64,000 nucleotides of DNA, from assembly GCA_035526585.1 (NCBI GenBank), contig DATLCC010000065.1, positions 11,581 through 75,580 of the forward strand, in the 5' to 3' direction. The translations under genes and the position numbers were made by a program. Below, one piece after another: positions 18,473-27,799 of the stretch. Source of the stretch: Thermoplasmatota archaeon (GTDB lineage Archaea; Thermoplasmatota; SW-10-69-26; JACQPN01; JAJPHT01). Every line of letters starts with the position of its first letter. Position 1 is the stretch's first letter. The notes under the pieces were generated by a model, which saw nothing but the letters and a program-made list of their open reading frames with translations, did not search any database and was not told the origin of the DNA.

Positions 18473-19537
18473 TCAGGCGCGGCGAAGGAGCGTCGGCGCC
18501 ACGTCGGCGAGCGTGCGGCAGCCCGTGAGCGCCATCGCGTTGTCCAGCTCGTCGCGCAGCAGGTCGAGCACGCGGCCCGCGCCCGCGCTGCCGCCGGCGG
18601 CGAGCCCCCACACGACGGGGCGGCCGACCATCACGAAGGAGGCGCCAGTGGCGAGCGCGATGAGCGCGTCCACGCCGCGGCGCACGCCGCCATCCAGGAT
18701 GACGGGCACGCGGCCCGCCACGGCTTCGACGATCTCCGGAAGGACGTCGAGCGTCGCTGGCACGCGGTCGAGCATGCGCGCGCCGTGGTTCGAGACGATG
18801 ATGCCGGCGGCGCCGTGCTCGATGGCGAGCGCGGCGTCCTCCGCGGTGAGCACCCCCTTCACGAGGACGGGAAGCCCGAACGAGCGAAGCCACCCGACGT
18901 CGCGCCACGTGAGCGAGGGGTCGAGCTGCGAATTCACGTAGTTCGCGAGCCCGTCCGGTCCGCTCTGCCCGGTCGCCTTGTCCAGGTAGCGCTCGAAGTT
19001 CGCGAGCGTCAAGGGCGGCGGCAGCGTGAACTTGTTGCGGCGGTCGCGCTCGCGGATCGCCCACACGGGCGCGTCCACCGTGAGGACGAGCGCCTCGTAG
19101 CCCGCGTTCACTGCGCGCTGCACGAGCTCGCGCGACAGCTCCCTGTCACGATGGATGTAGACCTGGAACCATCGTGGCGCCTGCTCCTGGGCCACCTCCT
19201 CGAGCGGCGTCGTCGCGAGCGTGGAGACGCAGTGGAGGACGCCGCGCTCTGCGCACGCACGGGCGACGCCGCGCTCGCCATCCTCGTGGAAGAGGCGATG
19301 GAAGGCGGTGGGCGCGACCCCGATCGGCATCGGATACCGCTTGCCGAGGAGCGCCGTGGACATGTCGCGCTTCGCGACGTCCACGAGGAAGCGCGGCCGC
19401 AGCGTCTGCCGGCGGAAGGCGGCGACGTTGTCGGAGAGCGTCCGCTCCTCGCCTGCGCCGCCCGCGACGTAGTCGTACGCAAGCTGGCTGAGCTTGCCGC
19501 GCGCGACCGCTTCGACGTCCGTGAGCGTCCAATCCAC
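18473..19537 (-). CDS. FMN-dependent alpha-hydroxy acid dehydrogenase (L-lactate dehydrogenase/glycolate oxidase family)
   Basis: LVLTVDAPV, GIIVSNHGARMLD, PVILDGGVRRGVD motifs. 354 aa. Confidence 0.8.
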   Translation of the reverse strand: MDWTLTDVEAVARGKLSQLAYDYVAGGAGEERTLSDNVAAFRRQTLRPRFLVDVAKRDMSTALLGKRYPMPIGVAPTAFHRLFHEDGERGVARACAERGVLHCVSTLATTPLEEVAQEQAPRWFQVYIHRDRELSRELVQRAVNAGYEALVLTVDAPVWAIRERDRRNKFTLPPPLTLANFERYLDKATGQSGPDGLANYVNSQLDPSLTWRDVGWLRSFGLPVLVKGVLTAEDAALAIEHGAAGIIVSNHGARMLDRVPATLDVLPEIVEAVAGRVPVILDGGVRRGVDALIALATGASFVMVGRPVVWGLAAGGSAGAGRVLDLLRDELDNAMALTGCRTLADVAPTLLRRA

Positions 19538-19575
19538 AGCAGCACGAAGGCGCGGGACGGCTTCAACCGTTCTTC

Positions 19576-19929
19576 TCAGACGAGCCCACAGTACGTGCGG
19601 TCATAGCGGAAGACTTCGACCATCACGACCGACAAGGCCGCGAAGGACGCGCAGAACGACAGCCATGCGCGACCTTCGTTCGAGAAGGGGCGCGGCGTTG
19701 CGGGTAGCCAGAGGATCGCGGTCACAAGGAACACCGTGGGCATCCATGGCCTGTCCAGCGGCGTCGCTTCGAGGCCCGTCCAGATGGCCGCCGCGCCGTA
19801 TGCGAGCGCGGGGAGGAAGCGCCATGACCCGCCGCGTCGCGTGGCCCAGAGCGCGGCAAGCGCGGGCGCCAGCGCGAAGGGGATGACCACGACGAGGAAG
19901 TAGAAGCCCAGCCCCGTAAGGAACCCCAT
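19576..19929 (-). CDS. small membrane protein (3-4 TM), hypothetical
   Basis: MGFLTGLGFYFLVVVIPFALAPALAAL. The upstream part of the ORF is Arg/His-rich junk. Confidence 0.4.
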   Translation of the reverse strand: MGFLTGLGFYFLVVVIPFALAPALAALWATRRGGSWRFLPALAYGAAAIWTGLEATPLDRPWMPTVFLVTAILWLPATPRPFSNEGRAWLSFCASFAALSVVMVEVFRYDRTYCGLV

Positions 19930-19946
19930 GCAGGAGGTCAAGGGTG

Positions 19947-20354
19947 TCAATACTCTCGCAGGATGAGGCGGCTGCGGGTCGATTGCACTTCCTTGAAGGC
20001 GCGGATGCGGTCGACGATGTCGTTGAGCTCGTTGGTGCTTGCGACGTCGACGATCACGACGATGTCGTGCTCGCCGGTGACCTCCCAGACCCGCTCCACG
20101 CCGTCCCACTTCTGGATCTGCTGCGAGACGCTCGCCATGTTGACGTTCGTCTCGATGCGGATCTCGATCAGCGCCTTCACGTTCGAGCCCGCGGTCTGGA
20201 TCGTGAACTTCTTGATCGCGCCTTCGTCCTGCAGCTTCTTGAGGCGCGCGCGGACGGTCCCCTCGCTCGTGCCGAGGACCTCCGCCATGCGGACGAACGA
20301 CTCGCGCGCGTTGTCCTTGAGGATGCGCAGCAGCGTCTTGTCGAGCTCGTCCAC
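19947..20354 (-). CDS. Lrp/AsnC family transcriptional regulator
   Basis: DELDKTLLRILKDNARESFVRMAEVLGTSEGTVRARLKKLQDEG HTH plus RAM domain. GTG start. Confidence 0.8.
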   Translation of the reverse strand: MDELDKTLLRILKDNARESFVRMAEVLGTSEGTVRARLKKLQDEGAIKKFTIQTAGSNVKALIEIRIETNVNMASVSQQIQKWDGVERVWEVTGEHDIVVIVDVASTNELNDIVDRIRAFKEVQSTRSRLILREY

Positions 20355-20560
20355 AACGATCGATCTCCGTCGCGTCCTTTGCGGAAAACGTAGCGCGCGG
20401 ATGAAGCCTGCTGCGGGCGTAGGGGGCCGGTCCGCGCTCACCTGTCTCTACAGGAGGTGCCTCTCGGGCTCGTGGAACCGACAGGATGCAGATACGGTAT
20501 CACTAAGCACTCCCGTTGCGTTGCGCGGCCGGCCCCCGTCCCCCGGAGGCCCAGGAGTTG

Positions 20561-20830
20561 CCGAAGTTGGACAAGTCCATCGTTGCCGTCCTCATGCTCG
20601 TCGTGCTCGCCTTCCCAGCCTCCGCTTCCCACTGCGTCGGGTACCGGACGTCGCACCCCGAGCTGACGCTCGAGGGCTACTACCTTGACAACGACGTCTG
20701 CCAGCCCGGATGCCTCGCCTCCACGTGGGCCTACGAGGAATCCAACGGGATCCCGGGCCTCCAGCGGCACGACGCCGGCGTGGACGACACGTGTCATGGG
20801 ATGGTGAGCGGCGACCGCCGCATCGTCTGA
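20561..20830 (+). CDS. small secreted Cys-rich protein, hypothetical
   Basis: Signal peptide IVAVLMLVVLAFPASAS. 5 Cys in the mature part. Possible TTG start preceded by GGAGG. Confidence 0.3.
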   Translation, partial: PKLDKSIVAVLMLVVLAFPASASHCVGYRTSHPELTLEGYYLDNDVCQPGCLASTWAYEESNGIPGLQRHDAGVDDTCHGMVSGDRRIV

Positions 20831-20862
20831 GACTTCAAGTGCCGCCGCGGGGTCGAGGAGGC

Positions 20863-21498
20863 GTGGAGCCCCCGACGCCCGACGCGGCGCTCTCGTTCCT
20901 GAAGACCGGCAAGATCGACGGCGCGCCCGCCGACCTCGCCGCGCGCCGCGCCTACCTGAACCGGTGCCTCAGGGTGCGCGAGTTCAAGGAGAAGGCCTGG
21001 CCGCACTTCGCGTGCTTCGTGGACGCCTCGAACGTGGCGCGCCGGAAGCCCGTGCCCGTGCACGAGGTGAACACGCCCAAGGCGCGGCTCGCCGACCTCG
21101 ATGCGGTCGTCGACGAGCTCCGGCGGCTCAAGTACGTCCCCTTCGTCGTCTCGGACGGGAACCTCTTCCAGCTCATCGACAGGCCCTACGAATGGCAGGC
21201 GAAATACACGAAGTACCCGCACAGCGTCGCCGAGCGACGGCAGGCGGACAGCATCGTGCTGCGCGCGTTGCGCGAGCTGCCCGAAGCGGCATGCGTCACG
21301 AACGATCGCTTCTCGAAGCCCGACGAGGCGCGCGACTTTCCGGATGTGCTCGCGCTACGCGACTGCTTCTACCGGCATAGCTGGGCAGACGATATTCCGA
21401 CGCTGATCGGGATGCCGGACGCGCTGACGCGGTTGGCCACCCGCCTCGGGAACGGTCAGCCCTCCAGACTGCGGAAGGAGGGAGGCAGCGAGGCATGA
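20863..21498 (+). CDS. NYN/Zc3h12a-like PIN-fold ribonuclease domain protein
   Basis: FVDASNVARRKPV ... YVPFVVSDGNLFQ ... ACVTNDRFSKPDE resembles the Asp-rich PIN/NYN catalytic pattern. GTG start with GGAGG upstream. Confidence 0.5.
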   Translation: MEPPTPDAALSFLKTGKIDGAPADLAARRAYLNRCLRVREFKEKAWPHFACFVDASNVARRKPVPVHEVNTPKARLADLDAVVDELRRLKYVPFVVSDGNLFQLIDRPYEWQAKYTKYPHSVAERRQADSIVLRALRELPEAACVTNDRFSKPDEARDFPDVLALRDCFYRHSWADDIPTLIGMPDALTRLATRLGNGQPSRLRKEGGSEA

Positions 21499-21700
21499 GG
21501 CAGCGAAGCCCCGAGGCGAGGTACTCACTGAGGCAGTAGGAACGCAGCGAGACCGAGAGCGAGGCATCGAGGCAAGCGGAGGGGCGAGTTCACCTTGGCC
21601 TCGTCCTCCGCCTCGCTACGTCGCCTTGCGCCTCCTTGCCTCTCTCGCACCTTCGTGCCTCGGTCTCGTCGCCCCTTGCCTCACTCCGAACCGCAGAGTT
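21499..21700. repeat. long imperfect palindrome: purine-rich GAGGCA/GCGAG arm followed by its pyrimidine-rich complement
   Basis: Read directly. Sits between the NYN gene stop and the PRC-barrel promoter. Confidence 0.4.
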
Positions 21701-21756
21701 TGAAAAAACAAGCGTCATATAGTCCACGCGGCCCATCACGGCCCGGGATGCACTAA

Positions 21757-22053
21757 ATGGAAGAGATCACGCGCTTCGTGAACCTCCCCGTCTACACTGC
21801 GACGGGCACCTTCGTCGGACACATCAAGAACGTCATCCTTGACGTCACGGGGCGCAAGCTCGATTCGCTCCTTGTCGGCAAGACCAACCCTGCCCTCGTC
21901 GAGGGCGGCGTCGACGTCGCCGTTCCCTACCGATGGGTCCGCGCCTTCGATGACATCCTGATCCTCAGCTACTTCCCGACGCGCGTGGAGCTCCCCGCTC
22001 CCGCGGCCGCCGCGGAAGGCGAAGAGGAGCTGGAAGCGCTACCCGCCCAGTAG
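21757..22053 (+). CDS. PRC-barrel domain protein
   Basis: MEEITRFVNLPVYTATGTFVGHIKNVILDVTGRKLDSLLVG. TATA-like tcatatag about 45 nt upstream. Confidence 0.7.
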   Translation: MEEITRFVNLPVYTATGTFVGHIKNVILDVTGRKLDSLLVGKTNPALVEGGVDVAVPYRWVRAFDDILILSYFPTRVELPAPAAAAEGEEELEALPAQ

Positions 22054-22095
22054 TGCGCCAAAACCTTCACAAGGCGGAACGCCGAGCAGGCACCC

Positions 22096-23055
22096 ATGGA
22101 CGCCAGTGTCCCCTTCGATGCGCCACGCGCGCGACGGGGCGCCGACGTCTGGTACGACATGAAGGCCGGGCTCGACTTCGTCGCGCACAACCTGCCGCGC
22201 GCGCACCGCGTCCTCGTGCGGCTCAATCCCTATCCACGACCCTGGCGCCCCATCTCGATCCTCGGACACGATGGCGCGCCGCTCGCCGCCTGGTACGGGC
22301 CGGGCGAGCCGGGCGGGCCCGCGGTCCTCTTTGCGCCTGGCACCTTCCAGACGAAGGACGACACGCCCCGCAAGCGCCGCGCGCTCGACCTGTGGCGCAG
22401 GCTCGGAGCGAGCGTCCTGATCCTCGACCTGCGCGGCTTTGGCGGCAGCCACGGCGTCGCCGGCACCGCGGGCTATCACGAGGCGCGCGACCTGCATTTC
22501 GCGGCCGACCGGCTCATCGCGCAAAGCGGCGCCGATCGCGTGACGCTGTGGGGCGAGAGCCTGGGCGGCGCGGTGGGCCTCCTCGCCGCGACGCTCCCCG
22601 ACGCCGACAAGCGCTTCGATCGGGTGGTCGCATGGAGCCCTTTCTGCGACCTGGCCGACGCGAGCGACGTGGCGAACCCGGATACGGAGGTGGGCCGTTC
22701 GATCCTCGGACGCACGTACCGCTGGCTCATCCGGCGCCGCACCAACAACCAGGTGCGCGACTTCCAGGAATGGCTCGCCTTCTGCGCGCAGGAGCTCGAC
22801 ATGAGCGTCGAGGACCTGCTGCGCCACGGAAGCCCGCTCCTCCACGTCGACAAGCTGCGCGTGCCGGCCACGGTCTTCCATGCCGAGGACGACGACGTCG
22901 TCCCCGTGCGCCACGCCCAGCGGCTCGCGGCCACGAGCGCGCCCAAGCTCGCCGTCCACGTGGTCCCACGTGGCGGCCACCTGGACTTCGACCGCGCCGC
23001 GCCCCTCTGGTACGCGCAGATGACAGAGAAGATTCTTGCCCGCCGCGCCGCCTGA
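22096..23055 (+). CDS. alpha/beta hydrolase
   Basis: Nucleophile elbow GESLGG. DDDVVP and GGH region for the acid and His. Confidence 0.75.
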   Translation: MDASVPFDAPRARRGADVWYDMKAGLDFVAHNLPRAHRVLVRLNPYPRPWRPISILGHDGAPLAAWYGPGEPGGPAVLFAPGTFQTKDDTPRKRRALDLWRRLGASVLILDLRGFGGSHGVAGTAGYHEARDLHFAADRLIAQSGADRVTLWGESLGGAVGLLAATLPDADKRFDRVVAWSPFCDLADASDVANPDTEVGRSILGRTYRWLIRRRTNNQVRDFQEWLAFCAQELDMSVEDLLRHGSPLLHVDKLRVPATVFHAEDDDVVPVRHAQRLAATSAPKLAVHVVPRGGHLDFDRAAPLWYAQMTEKILARRAA

Positions 23056-23062
23056 TCGCTCC

Positions 23063-23881
23063 ATGCGCGTGTGCGCGGTCCAGATGGCGCACGGCACGCA
23101 ACTCGCCGACAACCTCGCACGCGCCGCGGCCCACGTCGCTCGGGCGGCGCAAGGCGGCGCGCGCCTCGCGCTCCTGCCCGAGTACTTCTTCTCCACGTTC
23201 CAAGGCCCCCCGGTCGCGCTCGTGGAAGCCGCGCCGCAGGTGCGCGCGATGATGCAGGACGCGAGCCGCGCGCACGGCATCGCCGTCGGGGGCAACGTCA
23301 TCGAGGGGGCCGGGACGCCAGGCAACGAAGGAGCGAAGAACGTCGGGGTCGTCTACGAGAGGGGCGCGCTCGTCCTCTCGCAGCCGAAAGTGCATCCGAT
23401 GCCGCGCGAGGCGGCGAGCGGCGTGGTCGGCGGCGCGGGCTTTGGCGCCGCGACCGTCGAGGGCCGGCGCGCAGGGATGCTCGTGTGCGCGGACATCCTC
23501 TACCCCGAGGCCGCGCGCGTCCTGGCGCTCGCGGGCGCGGACATCCTGCTCAACCCCGTCATGAGCCCGTGGAAGGAGAAGGACGATGGGCGCGAGGCGC
23601 GCGTCGCGATGTACGTCGCGCGCGCGTACGACTCGGGCGCGTTCGTCGTGAAGGCGGCCGGCTTCCGCCGCCCCACACCCGGCGCGGCGCCCCCCTTCGG
23701 GATCGCGGGGCGAAGCCTGATCACGGCGCCATGGGGCGTGCTCGCTCGCGCGAGGGACGACTTCGAGGAGGAGCTCCTCTTCGCAGACCTCGACTTCGAG
23801 CGGCTGGCCACGTTCCGCGCGGGCCAGGCGCAGTTCCCGCCGAGGCGGCCCGACGCGTACGGCGACCTTGTCCGTCCATGA
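23063..23881 (+). CDS. carbon-nitrogen hydrolase (nitrilase superfamily)
   Basis: MRVCAVQMA ... LALLPEYF ... MLVCADILYPE (catalytic Cys context). Confidence 0.75.
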   Translation: MRVCAVQMAHGTQLADNLARAAAHVARAAQGGARLALLPEYFFSTFQGPPVALVEAAPQVRAMMQDASRAHGIAVGGNVIEGAGTPGNEGAKNVGVVYERGALVLSQPKVHPMPREAASGVVGGAGFGAATVEGRRAGMLVCADILYPEAARVLALAGADILLNPVMSPWKEKDDGREARVAMYVARAYDSGAFVVKAAGFRRPTPGAAPPFGIAGRSLITAPWGVLARARDDFEEELLFADLDFERLATFRAGQAQFPPRRPDAYGDLVRP

Positions 23882-24226
23882 TCAGAGGCGGTCGTACTTG
23901 TCGGCGCGCCCTCGCGCCTTCTCGACCGGATACTTCCGCGCGTTCTCCTCGAGCTTGCGCTCCACTGCGTCGAGCAGATCGATGTCCGCCTTGTCCGCGA
24001 GGAGCATCGCGTACATCGTCACGTCGGCAAGCTCGTCCGCGATGCGCCGCCGGTCGTCGGGCGTCATCTCGCGCGCGGAAAGCTCCCGCCACTGGAAGAC
24101 CTCGAGGAGCTCGGCGGCCTCGATCGTGAGCGACAGGGCGAGGTCCTTCGGGTGGTGGAACGCGTCCCACGCGCGCTCGTCCACGAAGGCGCGAAGGCGC
24201 GCGCGCACGTCCTCGAAGCTCGGCAT
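23882..24226 (-). CDS. MazG-like nucleotide pyrophosphohydrolase
   Basis: LSLTIEAAELLEVFQW ... ELADVTMYAMLLA. Confidence 0.65.
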   Translation of the reverse strand: MPSFEDVRARLRAFVDERAWDAFHHPKDLALSLTIEAAELLEVFQWRELSAREMTPDDRRRIADELADVTMYAMLLADKADIDLLDAVERKLEENARKYPVEKARGRADKYDRL

Positions 24227-24285
24227 GCGGCGCCATCGACGACCCGGCGCTAATGCCCTTTGCATAGGAAGGCCGCATCGGCGCC

Positions 24286-25047
24286 GTGCGCGCGGCCGCC
24301 CTCCTCCTCGTCGCCACCCTCGCCCTCTCCGGGTGCATCGACGCGGGCGTCCAGCTCATCGAGGATGCGCGTCGCGACGCGGGCGTCGACGAGTCCACAG
24401 AGGCGCCGACGGCGACGCCCCAGGGCCCGCCCACACCACGGAGCCCGACCCCCGGTCCGAGCCCCGGCCCCACCATCCCGAGCCCCACCATCCCGAGCCC
24501 GAGCCCGAGTCCGAGCCCGAGTCCGGGCCCGAGCCCGAGCCCAAGCCCAAGCCCGATCCCGGTGACCCCAAGCCCGAGCCCTAGCCCAAGCCCGACGTCG
24601 CCAACCCCCAGCCCCAGCCCCCCGCCCACCCCGTCGGCGCGCCCCTGGCCCGTGAAGGGCAGCTTCGTCCGCGTGCATGTCGCAGGCCCCGAGAGCGAGG
24701 CTGCCGCGCTCTGGACGTACAGCGGCAAGGACTGGAGCGGACGCTGCGAGCGCGACGGCGAGGATCCCGTGCCGTATACGTCGAAGGATCCTCCGCACTG
24801 GCCGCTCTTCGACACGCGCTCGCCGCCGCCCGAAGGCGAGAGCGTGAAGGTCTGGTACCTCGAGGGATGCTCGATCGTCAACCGGACCGCGACGTACTCG
24901 GGCGGTTTCGCGGCGCAGGCTTCGTCGTTCGAGACGACGTGGGACAGCGCCACCGGGCTCGTCCTATCCTGGGACGCCGATGGAGACCGCGGGCGCCTGG
25001 TGGCGACGGACGCGCCGCTCGCGCCCACGCCCGCGCGCGGGACTTAG
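24286..25047 (+). CDS. lipoprotein with Pro/Ser/Thr-rich linker
   Basis: [15 protein letters not shown] lipobox. [19 protein letters not shown] low-complexity linker. Confidence 0.55.
   Translation: MRAAALLLVATLALSGCIDAGVQLIEDARRDAGVDESTEAPTATPQGPPTPRSPTPGPSPGPTIPSPTIPSPSPSPSPSPGPSPSPSPSPIPVTPSPSPSPSPTSPTPSPSPPPTPSARPWPVKGSFVRVHVAGPESEAAALWTYSGKDWSGRCERDGEDPVPYTSKDPPHWPLFDTRSPPPEGESVKVWYLEGCSIVNRTATYSGGFAAQASSFETTWDSATGLVLSWDADGDRGRLVATDAPLAPTPARGT
24420..24640 (+). repeat. coding low-complexity (CCN AGC)n repeat encoding the PSPS linker
   Basis: Read directly. Confidence 0.6.
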
Positions 25048-25877
25048 CGCGCCGGCACGCGGATGCTTTCACGAGCGCTCGCCCAGAGCGACTCGAAGAG
25101 CGACTTCTGCGCCAGGACGAAATCGGTCGCGTTCGTCCACATCGCGACGTCCTCGCGCGCATCGATGCTCGCCGCAGGATCGTTGATGAGCCAGTAGACG
25201 ACCTCGCGGTCGTCCACGATGAGGAAGCGGAACGCGTGATGCGGGTGGAAGTAGCGCACCTCGACGTGGCGATGCGCGGTGAGCGGCGCGAGCGCGCGAT
25301 CGAGCCCCGGGAGGTCGCGCAGCAGGATGCGCATCGGCAGCCCCTCGCTCGCGCGCTTGAGCATGGTCTGGTACGCCTTGTTCTGCGGAGAGACCATGCC
25401 GGGCCCGAAGGTGGTGCTCACCATGCTCTCGCTCGATCGCGCGTTCCGGACGACTCCTTCCACGGCTCCGAGGATCGCGCGGCGCCCCTGGACGATCTTG
25501 TATCCCCAACGCGCGCCGCTGGGCTCTTGCGCCTCGCGCGCCGTGGCCACGGCAGCCGAGACGCGCTCCCGCAGGCTCTCGATCTCGGCGCGGCGCTGCT
25601 CATGGCCTGCGAGGAGCTCGCCGAACACGGCATCCGGGGCGACGGCCTCGTAGACCACGGGGCGCGTGAGGTGCGCCGTGACGAAGCCGCGCCTCATGAG
25701 CGACTCCAGGGCGCGGTAGGTCTCGGTGCGCTTCAGCTTCGTCGCCGCGGCGGCGTCGCTCGCGCGGGTGGGTCCGCGCAGGCAGAGGTGCACGAAGAGC
25801 TTCGCTTCGCGCTCCTCGACGCCGATGCTCGCCAGGCGTTCGACCAGCTCGCCCGCGCTAGGGGATTCCCCGCTCAT
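25044..25877 (-). CDS. TrmB family transcriptional regulator
   Basis: N-terminal w[68 protein letters not shown]. Confidence 0.65.
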   Translation of the reverse strand: MSGESPSAGELVERLASIGVEEREAKLFVHLCLRGPTRASDAAAATKLKRTETYRALESLMRRGFVTAHLTRPVVYEAVAPDAVFGELLAGHEQRRAEIESLRERVSAAVATAREAQEPSGARWGYKIVQGRRAILGAVEGVVRNARSSESMVSTTFGPGMVSPQNKAYQTMLKRASEGLPMRILLRDLPGLDRALAPLTAHRHVEVRYFHPHHAFRFLIVDDREVVYWLINDPAASIDAREDVAMWTNATDFVLAQKSLFESLWASARESIRVPAR

Positions 25878-25989
25878 CCCGGGGGGCAACGCGCTCCTTG
25901 GACAAAGCATGCGCGCTATCCGCGGGAACGACAAAGCGCGGACGTCCGTCCCGCCAGACGGACATGCTGCCAAGCGTAAGCCGCCGAGA

Positions 25990-27768
25990 TTAGAGCGAGT
26001 AATCTTTCCAGCGGCGGCTGACGAGCGCGCGCGTCCCCTCGTCCATGCGGATGATGGGCGGCCACGGGCGGGCGTCCTCGTCGGGCAGCTTCACCGTCGC
26101 GTCCACTCCGATGCGCGGCGGTGCGAGCGTGATGTCGCGCGCGGGGTCGAGGTTCGCCGTCGCGTGGAACGCGCACGCGGAAAGGTCGCGGACGTCCACG
26201 TCGCGATCGAAGACGACGATCGCCGCGCTCTGGGGAAGGCCCGCGGCCCACAGCTTCTCCATCGCCTCCCGCGCCTGGCCCGCGTGGTCCTTGCGGATGC
26301 AAGCGAGCACGAGGCGCTCGTGCGGCCTCGCGAGCGCGAGGACCTCGGGGACCTTCGCCTGGAGCTCGTCGAGGGCGGGCCCCACGCGGGGTGGCGGCGT
26401 GCGTCGCGCGGGCTCGTTCGGGAGGGGCGCCGTGGCGTCGATGCCGACGTGGCTTCCGAGGTCCGGCCGGGGCGCCGCATGGTCGAGCGTGTCCGTCGGC
26501 ATCTGGTCCACGATGAGCACGTCGCGTCCCACGTCCAGGCGCGCGAGGAGCGTGTCCAGGACGCGGCGCGGATCGTGGATGTCGACGTCCTCGTCGAAGA
26601 CGAGGATCGTCTTCTCGAGGGCGATCATGCCCGCGCCCCACAGGCTCATCATGACCTTGCGCGCGTGCCCGGGATATCGTTTCCTGATGGACACGAGCAT
26701 CAGGTTGTGGAAGGCGCCTTCGACGGGCATGTGCATGTCCACGAGCTCCGGGATCTGGAAGCGGATGAGCTCCAGGAACAGGCGCTCGGTCGCCTTTCCC
26801 ATCGGGCCGTCCTCCTGCGGCGGGATCCCGACCACCGTTGTCGGGTAGATCGCCTCCTTGCGGTGCGTGATCGCCGTGACGTGGAACGTGGGAAAGTGGT
26901 CGGCGAGCGAGTAGTAGCCGGTGTGGTCCCCGAAGGGACCCTCGAGCGCCAGCGGCTCCTTCGGGTCGACGTAGCCTTCGAGCACGATGTCGGCGTCCGC
27001 CGGCACCTCCAGGTCGACGGTCTTGCACTTCACCATCCGCACGCGACGCCGGCGGATGAAGCCGCAGAACATGACCTCGTCGAAGCCGGGCGGCAACGGC
27101 GCCGTCGCGCCGTACGTGAGGGCGGGATCGCCCCCGAGCGCGACCGCGACCGGCAGGCGGACGCCCAGGCGCTTCGCCGTGCGGTAGTGCTCGGTGCCGT
27201 GCTTGTGCGTCTGCCAGTGCATGCCGGTCGTCGTGGGGCCGAAGACCTGCATGCGGTACATCCCCATGTTGCGCTCGCCCGTCTCCGGATCGCGCGTGTA
27301 GACCTGGGGAAGCGTGATGAAGCGGCCCGCGTCCAGCGGCCAGCATTTGAGCACGGGGAGCTGGGTGAGATCGACGTCGCCGCCGGTGAGGACCACCTCC
27401 TGGCATTTCGCCTTCCGCACCTTCTTGGGCGGGAAGCTCAGGAGGTCCTTCGCGCGCCGCATTAGGGAGACCATCTCGGCGAAGCTGCGCGGAGGCCTCG
27501 TCTTCACGAGCGCCATGAGATCGCGGCCGATCTCCGCCGGCTCGCGGCCCAGCGCCATCGCCATGCGCTTGTCGGTGCCGAAGGCGTTGATGAGCACCGG
27601 CATCGTGGATCCGCGCACGTTTTCGAAGAGGAGGGCGGGCCCTCCTGCCTTCACGACGCGATCGTAGATCTCCGCGATCTCCAGCTCGGGATCGACCTCG
27701 GCCTTCACGCGCTTGAGCTCGCCCGCCGCCTCGAGCTCGCGGACGAAGGCATGGAGGTCGTACGCCAC
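25990..27768 (-). CDS. UbiD-family prenyl-FMN-dependent decarboxylase
   Basis: UbiD hallmarks: RMQVFGPTTTGMHWQ, GGDPAL, EGPFGDHTGYYS. GTG start near 27768. The upstream Arg/Ser-rich part was rejected. Confidence 0.8.
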   Translation of the reverse strand: MAYDLHAFVRELEAAGELKRVKAEVDPELEIAEIYDRVVKAGGPALLFENVRGSTMPVLINAFGTDKRMAMALGREPAEIGRDLMALVKTRPPRSFAEMVSLMRRAKDLLSFPPKKVRKAKCQEVVLTGGDVDLTQLPVLKCWPLDAGRFITLPQVYTRDPETGERNMGMYRMQVFGPTTTGMHWQTHKHGTEHYRTAKRLGVRLPVAVALGGDPALTYGATAPLPPGFDEVMFCGFIRRRRVRMVKCKTVDLEVPADADIVLEGYVDPKEPLALEGPFGDHTGYYSLADHFPTFHVTAITHRKEAIYPTTVVGIPPQEDGPMGKATERLFLELIRFQIPELVDMHMPVEGAFHNLMLVSIRKRYPGHARKVMMSLWGAGMIALEKTILVFDEDVDIHDPRRVLDTLLARLDVGRDVLIVDQMPTDTLDHAAPRPDLGSHVGIDATAPLPNEPARRTPPPRVGPALDELQAKVPEVLALARPHERLVLACIRKDHAGQAREAMEKLWAAGLPQSAAIVVFDRDVDVRDLSACAFHATANLDPARDITLAPPRIGVDATVKLPDEDARPWPPIIRMDEGTRALVSRRWKDYSL

Positions 27769-27799
27769 GCTCGCGCGACGGGGCCGCTCCCAGAAAAGG

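Noticed and set aside
15331-19064. Long minus and plus ORFs (15331..17211 -, 16691..18235 +, 17127..19064 -)
   Set aside because: Arg/Pro-rich compositions. They are antisense or alternate frames of the cysteine desulfurase, MFS and lactate-dehydrogenase-like genes, which have clear motifs.
24420-24640. Possible CRISPR-like or minisatellite periodicity
   Set aside because: The periodic PSPS-coding run is inside a lipoprotein ORF, with no spacer/repeat structure. No CRISPR array is present anywhere in the window.
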